Origin: Octopus sinensis
Taxonomy: Eukaryota
Length of the DNA: 64,000 nucleotides
Direction of reading: 5' to 3'
Assembly: GCF_006345805.1 (NCBI RefSeq)
Contig: NC_042998.1
Location: forward strand, 129,084,001 to 129,148,000
Every line of letters starts with the position of its first letter. The first letter of the stretch is position 1. Both the position numbers and the translations under genes were made by a program. The notes under the pieces were generated by a model. That model had not been told where the DNA came from and ran no database searches. It was given only the letters and a program-made list of their open reading frames with translations. Shown in pieces: positions 16,173 to 30,301 of this stretch.

Positions 16173-19130
16173 CGATTATGTGATACCGCCTTGGATTTTC
16201 AAGTTGTGCTGTTCGGAATACATCTTACGTTGTTTTGTTGATGGTAGTGTTCCGTGAACCGTATCACTTCAGTGAAAGGAATAAATTGGAAGATAAAAAA
16301 GAAAAGGAAAAGAAAAAGGAGAATGATAAATAGCAGAATAGGAGAAGAGAGAAAAAGAAATAGAAAAAGAAAGAAAACGAAAGAGAAATTTTTCATTTTA
16401 CGTTAAGCTGAAAGACTCTAAACCTCGAACGACATTTAATTTCCTCTAGACGGTAACCAGTAAATAGGATTGAGTTACTGAAGGCCAAGCTAGATATTCT
16501 CTGTATTTTCTAAAGCAGATATGAACCTATATGACTGTACTATGATCTTGAATCAAATCTGTCCTCAATGAAGTTCGGAGATAATTTTGATTGGTTGTCT
16601 CAACGTATCAATTATGTATTAGCAATAGAAGTATATCATCTCTCTGATGTTTCAAATATATATATATATATATATAACGTCGATACCTAATCTTATTTGT
16701 AACTAAATAAAAATCGATTCTTCTTGTCTAAAATTCAATTTTAGGACCGTATATCAAGACGATATCTAAATACTAGAGCACAGGGCAGGATCGATCTTCG
16801 ATTCAGTATTTTAATAATCGAAAGAGAGAGAACCAACAGTGTTATCTTACTATCCGCTATCTTTTATAATATATAAACAAAATTGTTCATTCATCCAGTT
16901 TTAGGTATCACAGCAGTGGCAGGTTGACTAACTGATTATGTGAGTTTCTTAATCTATTAGGCAAGTACTGTTGAACAAGACAAAATCACGAAAGACAATG
17001 CACGAATCGTGATACGAATTCAATCTCTTGCAGGACTCATTTGACCCCATTGGCAAAGGAAATGAACATTTCATTTCTAAGCATTTACTCTTCTACAAAA
17101 ATGTAACATCTTTATAAATATTCGAATAAATATTCAGCGTTATGTAACAGCTCTGAGTAAATAGTTGGTTGTTGTAAACTATAGAGACATTGACTTGAAA
17201 TCTGGTCATGATTCTGCATTAAATTTCATCACGCACCAACGTTGGAAATATCAGCTAACTCTTCCATATGAGTGATTATTAGAAAAGGAAGCATTGAATG
17301 ACGCAGTTTTGGATATATGAAATATAAGATGACCACACATGGAAGGTCTTTACTCATAGGTCTACATAAAAAGAGTTGAGCAGGAACTAAACAGCGGCAA
17401 CAATTTCTATTCTTCTGCCATACGAGACTGGGCCTCTATAAATATATATATATATAAAAATGAAACAAAACAATATCCAGTGTTTTGGCACAAAACTGAA
17501 GGAAATAAAATGGCGGAATAAATGCATTGTAGGATTTTGCTTTGTGTGGCACTTGCTTACATTTTATCGCTCCTCACTTGTTTACATTTTATCGCCTCTC
17601 ACTTGCTTACATTTTATCGCCCCTTGTAGATGGTTACGGAAACTATAAGCTGAAGAAAAGTATCGAGTGACTACATCCTTCACCTACAAATATTGGCTTT
17701 CCTTTAAAGTAGGGAACTGTTTATTTATTACATTAAGGCTTGCTATTTTCTTCCACAATGTTTGCCCAATGTATGTCTTTGCTGGGAAGCATTTACTAAT
17801 TATCTCTTATGTGTGTTACAATCGTGGTAGAGTTTCTTTGAGACATGATTACGGGACACAATGTCTATAATCTGGTTTCAACTACTTTTAGTTAAGTGTC
17901 ACAAGTGCCAGTTATCTCTTCTCAAAATATTTTACTCGTCAGTTCTACACGGAGTAGACAATTAGAAGACCCCTCCAAGTTTCCTTTAGTCCATAGGGCT
18001 TATAATTCGTTGACTGATTGCGAATGATGAACTAAGGGTCTGTTGTGTAAAGGATTTGGATGAAATAACAATCTATCACTATTTTACCCGCTGGTTACAC
18101 CTTTTCCTTTCGTACATGTTGCTTTGATAAATTCAGTTTATAAATCGTTATTAAATAGACATAGATAAAAAAATTAGAATAAATTGCTTGTTTGCTCTAA
18201 AGGGAAAAGAATTCCAACATTCCATGCAGATTCCTCATGCGGAGAAAAATATAATTGATCATCCCAAAACAACAATTATAAATTAATCTGATTACTTTAT
18301 CTCGATGATTCTTGCCCAAGTACATTAACACTAATTTAATCCCTTAGTATAACAGAAATAAAGCAAATGTATATAGTTATGTTCCAAGTTGCTGGCCGTG
18401 GTTTTACGCCCTATTAGCTAAGATTTTACATTGGAAGAATTTTTTGCAGGGAAAAGTTCATACGCTTTGCGACTTTTGAAATTTGTTCATTTTAGCTTGA
18501 AACAGGAGCGTTGCAATATACATTAGAAGACAGTAATCAGAAAAAAAAAAGTTTGTTTAATTATGTAAATTAGTACAGTATTTTGTAAAAATAAGAAGAC
18601 AGATGCATACGAGCATACACCCACACATATAAAAAAAACTTTATATTACGTTTTATATTTCTTTTCATTTTTTGTGACTTTTTATGACGCTTGAACATTC
18701 ATGCACAAACTGTAGATTGTCAGCAATTTTTAAAAGAATTTTATGCAGAATAAAAGTGAATTTATGGGGTGTAATAAACCAAGGCAAGACAGGCCGTAGT
18801 GGCTTTTTAACTACATAATTATCTTGTATAGAGCGACTACATAGTCAACTCTTCTCTGTGCTGATTGTAGTAGTAACAGTATAATTACTGAAGATATTTG
18901 TTACATAATCCTAGATTATTCATACTAATTTTATATTACCCAAATCAAGAAACAATACATCAGTAGTTAGGCATTATAATTCATTAATAAGTACTTTAAA
19001 AAACAAATTTCCAGCTTCGCTTTAAAAGATGTTGTGTTGGAAACCCTTCCCAACATTGAACAAATAGGTCCAGCGATTTAGTAGAAGCGTATTATTTTCA
19101 GTTCAGTATCTTAATGAAAACTACTTATTT

Positions 19131-19525
19131 GTGGCTGTGTGGTAAGTAGCTTGTTTACCAACCACATGGTTCCGGGTTCAGTCCCACTGCGTGACACCTT
19201 GGGCAAGTCTCTACTACTATAGCCTCGGCCGACCAAAGCCTTGTGAGTGGATTTGGTAGACGGAAACTGAAAGAAGTCCGTCGTATATATGTATATATAT
19301 ATATGCGTGTGTGTTTGTGTGTCTGTGTTTGTCCCCCTAGCATTGCTTGACAACCGATGCTGGTGTGTTTATGTCCCCGTTACTTAGCGGTTCGGCAAAA
19401 GAGACCGATAGAATAAGTACTGGGCTTACAAAAGAATAAGTCCCGGGGTCGAGTTGCTCGATTAAAGGCGGTGCTCCAGCATGGCCGCAGTCAAATGACT
19501 GAAACAAGTAAAAGAGAAAAAAGAG
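19131..19525 (+). mobile_element. Well-preserved tRNA-derived SINE (same family as 5474-5935), slightly 5'-truncated
   Basis: GTGGCTGTGTGGTAAG...GGTTCAGTCCC...GACTGAAACAAGTAAAAGAG; possible short TSD ATTT. Confidence 0.9.
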
Positions 19526-19938
19526 AATTTAGAAAAAATCCCGTCTTTTGTTGTATTCGAGGATAATCATTTAGCAAGTCATAGACTATCTGAAAGAATT
19601 AATTCTGTGTTCAACTAAAACAACGTTGACTTATTATTCCGAGAACGAAAATATAGATTCAACGATTGAAGGATAACGATTTCAACTTAATTAGCACTTA
19701 TTAGTTTTAGAAACGTTAAAACCAATCACCATCTCAATCAGACTATTTATATATCAAGTAGTTAATTAGTGTTTCATACTTAACCTAGGTATATGGAACA
19801 GCTTACTTGGAAAGATGTGAGGCGGAGGAAACAAACACAAATAATTTTTTGAGTTTATCGATGAGTATGGAAGACAACTTAAGATATGTTTCGGTCTTAT
19901 TACACTTCTTAGTGAAGAATATATTTCACCATACTTAC

Positions 19939-20041
19939 CAAGGTAGTGATGAAAGAATCATTAAGTAAATATACAGCAATGTACACTGATTGACGTAGAA
20001 AATTAGGAATATTCAGAGAATGAATTACTCTCAGAAGTTGT
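19939..20041 (-). other. Candidate 103-bp internal exon (QLLRVIHSLNIPNFLRQSVYIAVYLLNDSFITTL), product unknown
   Basis: Acceptor ttttttcctgcag and donor TTG|gtaagt on the minus strand, with one open frame. No homology recognised. Confidence 0.3.
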
Positions 20042-21009
20042 CTGCAGGAAAAAATCATTAACTAAGTTAATGTTAGCTTATTTAATAAAGGAGGCAGGTA
20101 ATAACCAGAATAAAACCTCTTGATATAGAATTAGCAATTACTCTACAAGGAAAATTAAACTACGTAATACTCTATATAATATACGAAGTTATAAATTTGT
20201 CTACAAGAAAGTGTCTTTCGCATTGCTCTAAGACAATTTTAGTGAGGTTAGAAAGATTTATATAGAATTAATTAATTCCTATGATCGATGATACATTTGA
20301 AATCTTCTACTAACTATATTGTCGAATCTAGCTTTACTTCTAGATTGAAGTTTCCACCTCCGCCTATTGATTATATACTGTTAGATTATAATGTGAAGCA
20401 TTCAATTACAGTTTTTCACACTATATAGTTCAGCTTGTAGACACTAATCATAGACTGAAAGCTTTTTTTAAAAAAATGTCGATGCTATCTTTAGGCGACG
20501 GATTGAGAGGGTCAAAAGAGCGGAGAACAAAATACCTTGTTGCATTTGTTTCTGCTAACTGCTCTTGGAGTTCAAATTTATCGAGATCAACTCTACCTTT
20601 TCCCTGTTCGAGATCGATAAAATAAGGTACCATCAAAACGGATCAATAGAAGTGTTTGAATATGGGGCGGAAAGAGAGGAAATATGCTGTCTGGCAGCAT
20701 ATTTCCCCCCTCTTTTTTACGTCCTGAGTTCATGGTCAGTAAATTTCATCCATAGCCCGGTTTAATACCACATCTGGAATTTGAGTGCCTTTGGCGGAGA
20801 ATTTGAGGATAAATTCTTCCTATCAGTCTCAAAAACCTTGAAAAAATAATGGCTCATAAGCGCTCCCCTGTCTTAGCGGTAAAACAAGGAGTTTAACTTG
20901 CAGACACTGGATATAAGATATTGACTCTATGCTTCCAGCTTTTTAATATTCATTTATAACTGTGGTAAAAATAAAATGACTGAACCAAACAATCACTTGT
21001 ATCATACTT

Positions 21010-21550
21010 CAAATCAAATTCAGGCACAAGGCCAGCAATTTTGAGGTGATGAGATTTGCCAATTACATCGGTCCCAGTAATTCACTGGCACTTCATCTTA
21101 TCAACGCCAAAAGAATGAAAGGCAAAGTTGATCTCCTTAGGATTAGAATTCAAAAAGTAAGAAGTATGAATAAATACAGCATGGGATTTTCCCTGACACT
21201 CCAACGATTCTGTCAGTTCGCCACCTTCACCAATACTTCTACTGAAAAAGAAAAGTTAAAAGGCAAAGTCGACCTCAGCTAGATTTGAAGTCAAAAGATA
21301 AAGATACGCAACTGAGCCCAGCTTTACTGACTGTTTGTAAATACTAGTTTCAAATTTTGGTATAAAGCCAACAATTTCGGGTAAGTCAATTACATCGACC
21401 CCAGTATTTGACATATACTTATTTTATCGACCTCGAAAGAATGAAAGGCAAAGTCAACGTTGGCGGAATTTGAGCTCAGAACACGAAGGCGGACAAAATG
21501 CCGCTAAGCATTTTGCCTGGCGTGCTTGCGATTCTGCTAGCTCGCTGTCT
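21010..21550 (-). mobile_element. Two to three adjacent Nin-domain SINE copies, tail type B
   Basis: GAATGAAAGGCAAAGTC...GGCGGAATTTGA(G)CTCAGAAC on +; tail B seen as GGCACAAGGCCAGCAATTTT. Confidence 0.8.
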
Positions 21551-22044
21551 TCAACTGTTTGTAAAAATATTGGCTGTAAATTCTCTGATTGTCAGAATTA
21601 AGTACATCCACTCGGCATGACAACACTGATAATTTAAAAAGTGATTGAAGACAATAATTGAACAGTCACGGATTAAGCATGTTGAGTCACGGCTTATAGA
21701 TATAGACATTATTATAGTCACAGTTTGTTTAATTTGACAATAAATATACAGCTTGAAGCCACTGACTGCGCAATGTCATACAGCACGCAGATATTGCACG
21801 AACTTCAACTACTTCGTGTCATTTGTATACTTGTACATATTATTGTTGATGATGTTGCTATTTAGCCCCAGGCCACTCCAAGCCATGAAGATTACGATTA
21901 CTAGCCCCGGGCCACTCCTAGCCATGAAGATTAAGATTACAGGCATTTCAACAGTAGTCTTCTAGTTTTATTTTCAGGGATTAGTGCATCTAGGCCTACA
22001 TTGTAGAAAGTGTTTAACCTATTTTATGACGGTATTGTCTAGAT

Positions 22045-25000
22045 CAGTGGTTCTTAACCTTTTTACTACCACACGCCCCTCTTGCATCTATGAATAACAT
22101 TCCCTCCCAGATTTTAAATAAAATCTAAAATATGTTTTTAGTCTTTTTATTGGATATGAATTAGTCACATTATACAAAATATGTATAATTTTATATACAA
22201 TCACATTATACAAAATTAAGACACTTGACACTGCTTCTTAGCTACAAGATCTTGAATGCGTGGTTGAATGCTAGAGAGTGCACAACGTAAGTCCCTTTCA
22301 ACGTTCAGCCCGTTTCTGTACTGTGTCTTGACAGCAATGAGCGTGGAAAATGCAGCTTCACAAAGATATGTGGTTTTAAACATAGCTAAAATCTGGAGAG
22401 CTTGATGTGAGATCAGAGGGTAAACCGGAAGTTACTTCATCTAGAACGTTTCAAGATCCATTTTTTAAAAGTCTTCCTTAGCTAGGGAGTTGAACTTCAG
22501 CTCAAGAAATTCCTCTCGCACTTCATCCAAAACACCAGTCACTTCACACTGAAATTAGTTCCGGATGAATTTCCAAGCTTCACGCTTTTCATCTATAGCT
22601 GGGAAGTATCTGATGAATTCTGTTTTTAAATCAGTTAGATGAGTGATTATTTGTCTTTTAAACTCAGAATCAAGGTTTCCGTGAATGAGAGCAGAATCCA
22701 AGTAACTAAAACTGGCTCTATTTCCCAGCTGAATTCGACATTTCCAGAGGTCGAGTTTGGCCATGAAGGTTCGAATGGTGTCGTGGTGTGTGTGAATGTT
22801 ATGTTTCCCTTGTAGTTTAAGGTCGAGAGCATTCAATGCTTCGAAGATGTCCACCAGGTAAGCTAGGGATGACTGAAAGCCTTCAGACTGGAACTTGTCA
22901 TGAAAATCTGCCTTTTGCTGCAAATCTAGAAATATTGCTACTTCCCGTAGTTCATAAAGCAGTCCAAGCATGTTCCCGTTTGATAGCCATCGTACGTTCA
23001 TGCGAAAATGCAATGCTTCATGTTCAGATTACATATCTTTACACAACAGTTTGAAAAGCCGACTATTTAAGGTCCCACCTTTAACAAAGTTAACAACTTG
23101 GATAGTCACGTTCAGGACATTTCTCATTTCAGTAGGTAAAGTTCTGAATGTTAAGGCTTCACGATGAAGTATGCAGTGTGTACCTACAACAGATGGATTT
23201 TTTTCTTTCATCCTAGTAATGAATCCAGACTGCAGACCAACCATGGCTGGAGCTCCATCAGTGCACTCCTCTATCAGCGAATCTCACAAAAGTTGACTTT
23301 ACTGAAAGAAGTTTGACACATCACGAAAAATAGATTCTGCTGTTGTACAACTAACCATAGGGTGACAGAACAACATTTCCTCTTTTACACAGTCGCCTGA
23401 CACAAAACGAGCATATGTCAGTAGCTGAGAACACTGAGCGAGGTCAGTCGTTTCGTCACACTGGATGGCAAAAACAGGAGACTTTTACTTGATCGAGAAT
23501 TTGATCTTTGATGTCTTAAGACAAGTCACCGATTCTTCTCTTGACTGTATGTTTGATAGTGAAATCTGGGCAAGCTTGTTTGCACTATCTTTCCTCAGAA
23601 CGAGTTCTGCTGCATTGTTTTATGAGAGATTCTCCGATGTTATAGCTCTTCTTTCTCTTTGCAATCAACATGATGATCTCATTAAGAAGCCTCATCAACC
23701 ATTGAAGTTTGTTGCCGAAATGCCCCACTACTGTCCAACTTAGCTTGCTTCAAGGAATGTTTTTTTTTTAAAGAATGTCTTGGGCTTGTCGGCAAGAGCA
23801 GGATGTGTTGTCCTCAAGTGACGTTCCAAGCGTGAGGGTCACATTCCATCATTGCTCAAAGTTTTGTAACATATCACCCACTGGGAGACTTCTGTGTCAC
23901 CCTTTTGGAGGTACACGAATCCAAATCGAATATATTCGTCAAGATACATCCGTTTCTTTGCACTCATTGCGAATTATTTTATGTGCAGTGGACAACACAA
24001 GTATATGAACAAAAGATAAGGCACTTGTAAGGTAATGTCAAGGTCCAAGTTAGAATGCTAACCAAATTAGAACGATTGGAGTAAAATGTTCTAAAAAAAA
24101 TAAATCGAAAAAATTTGGAATAAAAGTTAAATAAAAGAAAGTTTGTACGAAAGATTTGAACAATAAAATATTGTATATATTTGTATGAAAACATAACAAA
24201 AAGTTTCTTTAAAAGAGAAAATATTTTGCATAGCTTCTAGTTTTACCTAGTACTTTCTATAACATTTGAATCTGAATTTTAGCTTAACATTTGACTTTAT
24301 ATTATAATTTTTTTCTTACAAAAAAATTTACTATATTTTTAACATAAACGTTTAATATTAAAAATTGTGGTTTTATTGTTAAAATTTTTATCTTTCCAAT
24401 CTGAGTTTTAATTTTTTTTAGACTTTATTAAATTGAACAATAGTAGATTTATTACATACTTTTTGTTTTATTTCCTATTTTTAAATGTATCATACTTTTC
24501 ATCTTGCTAAAATTTAAAAATAGTTTTCAATTTTTTAAATTAAAAGTTGATATTTCTTAGCGTGTTACAATAACGATTTGATAATGTTTCAGCATATTTC
24601 TTGATTTTTAAGAATCACATTATTTCATATATATAAAAACTGTCGATCAAATTTGTTCATAATCTATGAACTGAAAAAAAAAAATGTTTGTCTTTACACA
24701 ATAATAATATCTAAGCTTTATACTAGTGATTCTTAACCTGAGTCTTCTTGTGACAAAAAAAAAAAAAAATACAAAATAAAGGCAAATGCTAAAGGTACAA
24801 TTCAGAATTAGTGAGGGGTTAGAGGGATATGAAGTGGGGTCAATAAGTAGAGAAAATGGTAAGCAGGACTGATATAGAATAAGAAAACTAAAGGTGTAAG
24901 GCGATACTTTTGCATGTTTCATAAACTTGTCATTATTTGACCATCCTCGTTAAGAGAGTAACCAATATAATTAGAGAAATTCCTGCTTTGTCTGAAGGGT

Positions 25001-25052
25001 TCGTGCCCTCTTCGAAATTACTGACGCCCCCCCTCCAAGTTAAGAACCACTG
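22045..25052 (-). mobile_element. Full-length hAT (Buster/Charlie group) DNA transposon, 3008 bp
   Basis: TIRs CAGTGGTTCTTAACCT and AAGTTAAGAACCACTG (15/16 match); 8-bp TSD gtcTAgat (22037-22044) and gtcTAggt (25053-25060) with the central TA typical of Buster elements. Confidence 0.95.
22216..23967 (-). pseudogene. hAT/Buster transposase, frameshifted
   Basis: Start MSAKKRMYLDEYIRFGF; PSRLERHL; IQCDETTD; CTDGAPAM; THCILHREAL (CxxH); VRWLS; TYLCEAAFS; C-terminus RIQDLVAKKQCQVS*. Confidence 0.92.
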
Positions 25053-25296
25053 GTCTAGGTAATTTAGTATTATATGGAGAAGTTATAGCTAGTGTTTCTC
25101 TCGGTTGAGTTTCCATATAGAGTCTCTCACAATTGCTACTTATAATTAAGGGTTGCAGGTCACGAGACTTTAGAGTAAAAATTCTTAGACATTTTTTCAT
25201 CCTTAATTCACGGCACAACGGCACATTGAATACGATGCTGAAAATATTGTAGACCATCAGCTTTTTCGAAAGTTCATATATATATATATATATACA

Positions 25297-25974
25297 CTAG
25301 CAGTAATACCCGTCGTTCATCGGATAATTACTTTTACTCTTTCTCAGGAGTCACATTCAAAGTATTACTATATATATAATAGATTTCTCAACGGTGATTT
25401 CAGGGGAGAGTTTCAGGGAGTCACTGGCGATGTATCGTGATGATCCAAAATCCGGCCTGCTAAAATTTGGTTAAAGTGTTTCAAACTGCAGACTCAACGC
25501 AAAATGGTCACATTTAATTCAAAGCGTTAAAAATGTTATGAAAACAATTGGATATTTGTTCACAAAGTCCAAACGATTAATACGAAAAAACCCTCCAGGC
25601 TACTTCCCGGAAATTCATTCCTTTGCCGAATTTCTACAATATTTACGGCGATTCGTTTTTATATCTTGATTTTTTTAATTTTTCATGCAATTTACGCATG
25701 TCTGCACGCGTGGTGAACACAGTTCACGTCAAACAGCTGACTGAGTAAAGTTCACTATTCAATGCATGAGATAAGGCCTAAGCAAACACATTATCGATTT
25801 TTTCATTTGCGAGATGAATTTCGGAACAGAAATAGCGCAGTTCAATTTTCATTCGCCTAAACTTTAAGTGACGGATTTTTGGTGGTTCTACGATTTGTTG
25901 GCTAGGGGGAGATTTGCCGGGAAGTTAAACACACAGACACACACACAGATACAAACACAGACACACAAGTTGAG

Positions 25975-25985
<11 letters not shown>
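25297..25985 (-). mobile_element. Non-autonomous Helitron-like element
   Basis: Minus-strand 3' end CTAG|T at 25297-25300, preceded by a degenerate GC hairpin (CCCGTCGTTCATCGG on +); the 5' end merges into a (CA)-rich/(TA)n tract. Confidence 0.6.
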
Positions 25986-26009
<24 letters not shown>

Positions 26010-27621
26010 GGGATGTGAGCTAGTAATGGCTGTGTACATCTCGTGATAATAAGGCCGTAGGCACTTAATTTGACGCTGTTTCAGTCTATTTAGAAGTAAA
26101 TGAATACCAGCTGAGTGCTAGGGCAGCGCTCTCTCACTCACTCTCTGTCTGTCTGTCTGTCTATATATATATATATATATATCTCATTTTCTCCTCCTCT
26201 CTCTGTCACAATCTGCCTGTGCTCCTGGACCAAATGTAAGAGAGACGAGATAATTTTATATCTGCTCGCGACTTTAATTACCTAAACAATTAGCGAAAGC
26301 ATAGTACATACTACCGAGGTATACTCACTCGCTGACTGTACTACACACACGCACACACACGCGCGCGCGCGTACATTGCATTGGATTGCCTATACTCAGT
26401 CCCACCTACCACTGTCTGATGTGGAGGTTGTGATTACGTTCTACCGTCTTGGGAAATTAACGACACGCTGTACCTTAAAATCATTAGGCGAGGGGGCCTT
26501 TCAACCTCTCGGAGGTTATTGAAATAAAATACCAGTGTAGAGTGGTCGATGGTGTCGATTAACTTTAGTCAAAATTGAATGCCTTGTGCCTTAATCAGGA
26601 ACCATTATATACGTACACGTCAAAACATTGATTCCCTTCACAGAATGCCTATGTCCAGTTGGTTGGCCACCTGAATGAATATAAATACAATGCACTTGGA
26701 GTAAAATGACAGACATCCATGTGTTCGATATTTCATCATTGTGGTTAATTGATTAATCAGGAAAATGAATTGATGTGGTGAAGAATATGAAATTTTTGGG
26801 GGATGAAGAAGGTTATTTATTTCGGAGTGACTATATATTAGAAGTATCATTAGTATGCTGTTTTCTCGGCACCACGCAGCAGAAATTTGTTCAGACTAAG
26901 TAAGATTATCCGCATTTGTTAGGATTGACCTTTAAATAGTTTCAAAATATCAGAGCTTTCTGATTCCTTTCGCGTAATCTAGAAGTATTATTTAGTTACT
27001 TTACTTTAAATGTAAATATATATTATTTAGTATCAGCAGTGGAATGGAATGACAAGAAGGGTGATTCGCTGACGCAGATCGTGCCTCCGCATTAAACTTC
27101 ACTGAACTTGCATCATTATCTCACATATTTCTGAGACCTTCTAACTTTTATTTATTATGTAAAAAACTTAAATTCTTTCGGTGTGATTTGCATACGTACA
27201 CACACATACGCGTACATAACAATTTCTTGAAGAAAGAAAAAACAACACATACAAACAAACTCGCGTGCACATACACGCAGAAGGAAACACACACGATAAA
27301 ACATGGACTCATAAATAAGAGTGCTTGCCCATTATCTTCCTTCACTGGAACATATTTTCTGCTGAGGAACAACATTCAGTTTTATTACTTCCGATTCGTC
27401 ACGAAGATTACGGCTCGAAATGTTGACCTTTATTTTGTAACTTCAGTACAGCGTGAAGTTAATGACCGTGTACTTTTTATTTATGGTGTTTTTCGTTCCT
27501 GAGATCTTAAAGAGAGAAAAAAAAAGCCATCTGTATCTTTAAAAATCAAATCCTGCCCACTAAAGCAATGATTCAGCAACAACATGGTCTGCTCTTCTGG
27601 CAGCTGCACACATTATTTGTA

Positions 27622-27662
<41 letters not shown>

Positions 27663-27698
27663 CACACACATATATATATATATATCTATATCTATCTA

Positions 27699-27737
<39 letters not shown>

Positions 27738-28844
27738 ATGTATATATATATATATATCTACATATGCATATCTATATCTATATATCTATCTATCTATATA
27801 TATATATGTAGAATATGCCCCACATACACACACACACACGCACATGCGTACACGCACACGCGTACACGCACACGCGTACACGCACACACACACATACAAA
27901 CGTATATGTACACGCACATACGTAACTTAAATATATTCAATGGATTTGGAAACAACTTCATGTATATAAGAATACTCAGAAATACATACTGCACACATTT
28001 AAACACTAATGTATAGTTTAAACGTTAATATAAAGCATCTTGCAGCACATAGCGAGGTTAAAAAGCAATCACTTCAGTGCGTGCTCTAGAAATTATGATT
28101 TGAAATTGACGAAGGTTTTGTTTGTTAGGGATTCAGAGTTCAAATCGGTTCTTGTGAATGCTGAAAATTGTGGCTGGAAGATCATTTTTGTTCTACTGAT
28201 TTCATCTATATCTTGACGTGTGCCATGGTCTTCAAAACTCAGCCAGGAAGATACAACTAAGAATGGCAAGACATACCTTTATAATGTCTGTTTTCTTTCT
28301 CTTATCAGTAATATCAGCTCCATTTTTATTTCCATTTTCCCTTTTTCCTTCGGTCTTTCACCATTTCATGTCACTTTTTCTCTATCTGTATCTATCTCTC
28401 TACTGATATTTCTTTTAATCTATCTTTTACCTACTTTTATTTACCTCTTATTCACTCACTTCTCGTGCTCAGCAAATTGTCTTCTTTTCCTCATATTACT
28501 CCTTTATTTCTTATGATTTCTTCACTACACTTTCTGACACACCTCAATAGACACACTTGATAACAAAGTTCTATATACATGATTGAATTCTGAATAGTAG
28601 CGCACCTCCAAATTTGATCAATAAGAACCTTCCATAATATCTTTTCTTTAGAATTTATCCTACAACCCAATTATCATTCAACAGAGGTATACTTATCCCA
28701 GAAAAATTACACTCGCAAGACATAATATAAAGGCAAAATGAAACAAATGTACCAGAGTTCGACGGCGGCTAAACAAGCTAAAAGTACGAAGTCACTTCCA
28801 ATAATATTCTAGTTAAAGAATAATATATATATATACATATGATC

Positions 28845-29235
28845 CTTTCTTCTTTTTCTACCTGTTTCAGTCACTATACAGTGGCCATGCTGGGGCACAA
28901 CTGTGAAACATTTTTAGCCGAGTGACTTGACCCTGAACTTTTAAAAATAAGTCGGGTACTTATTCTATTGGTCTCTTTTGCCAAACAGCTAAGTTACGGG
29001 GAAGTAACTACTCCAACACCGATTGTCAAGACCTGGTGGGGGACAGACAAACAGACAGAGAGACAGAGAGACAGACAGACACACACACACGCACACACGT
29101 ACAACGGACTTCTCTCAGTTCCCGCTTGCCAAATTCACTCTCAAAGATTTGGTCGGCCCGAAGTTATAGTAGAAGGCACTTCCCCAAAGTGCCACACAAA
29201 GGAACTGAACCTGCAGTCATATGGTTGAGAACAAG
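28845..29235 (-). mobile_element. tRNA-derived SINE, same family as 19131-19525
   Basis: Reverse-complement tail (CCTGTTTCAGTCA..GTGGCCATGCTGGGGCAC) and head (GGAACTGAACC..ATGGTTG). Confidence 0.8.
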
Positions 29236-29344
29236 TATATAATATATATATATTTTCGTGTGTGTGTGTTTCTGTGTATGTGTGTGCGTGCGTATGTGTG
29301 CACATGCGCGCGCGCGTAAACTATATTCATGTATGTATATATGT

Positions 29345-30105
29345 ATAAAGTTATAACTGTGGAAGCTTTGAAACTTGTGTCGGATATACTCTATGAACTT
29401 AAAGTCACAAAAAAGTTATACAAAAGAAAAATTACGCCGGTTCATGTGAAGGAAAATTTAAAAGAAAATATGCAAACTATCAGTGTTCTTTCCGACACTA
29501 AAATAAAACTGACTAGCCATATATGGGATCTGAAGACCAACAGTCTACTGTACATTGAGGTGGGGCATCGTGGTGAAATCGACTCCATATGTAAATAGAT
29601 CAAAGAGACGCAAGCTAGGTGTAATTGAAAGATCGCACATTCTTTTTTTGATCTAAGAATTCCGCAACATTACTCAATTTAAGATCCGAAAGTTTCAGCA
29701 AATACAACCACATGGACAAATTTCTTTTGTTGAACTGGACGACACCGCTCTCTCAGGATTGAGCAGCTGTCTCACAGATATTGGTCTCATCCCTGTTGAA
29801 TTGTTTTACATCAGCTGAATCAGTTATGATTTTGACGAGTAAAGAGGACGCAAATCTTGGTTTTCCGTTCATTCTTTCCTTTTCTTTCTTTTCCCGTTTT
29901 TATTCAAATTTTGTTTACTCCAGCCAGCTTTTGCACCCCGCATCTCGTGTTTTTCAAGTATTTTCTCATATACCAGCGTTCTATTTTTCAAATAAGACTA
30001 GCCATGAGGATTTTAAGTTTGAAAGATGACTTGAAGATACAAGGTACAGTATATAATTTGCTGAATTATTGTTTCCATAGCATGAAACAATTAGTGGCAA
30101 ATATT
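29345..30105 (+). mobile_element. Penelope-like element 3' remnant (GIY-YIG C-terminal region and terminal repeat)
   Basis: TKLTSHIWDLK...TLLNLRSE..SK..HMDKFLLLNW resembles the PLE endonuclease C-terminus; degenerate hammerhead-like CTGAATTATTG..CATGAAAC..GTGGC at 30061-30098. Confidence 0.65.
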
Positions 30106-30255
30106 TGAATACAGTTTATATTTTGATGATACATGTATACATACAAATATATATTCTTTCATACATACATAAATACATTCATGCACACACGCACACAAAC
30201 ACATACGTACACACAGGCACAGACACGCACACAAACACACACACACTCACACACA

Positions 30256-30301
<46 letters not shown>

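Noticed and set aside
17549-17622. Three ~23-bp direct repeats (CACTTGCTTACATTTTATCGC)
   Set aside because: Adjacent minisatellite with no spacers; not a CRISPR array.
17740-17800. KTYIGQT on the minus strand, resembling a GIY-YIG motif
   Set aside because: No upstream GIY/VIY or downstream R/E motifs in frame; probably chance.
19131-19200. tRNA-like A/B boxes
   Set aside because: SINE head, not a cloverleaf tRNA gene.
21862-21941. Two ~40-bp direct repeats
   Set aside because: Local slippage duplication inside a SINE-like copy.
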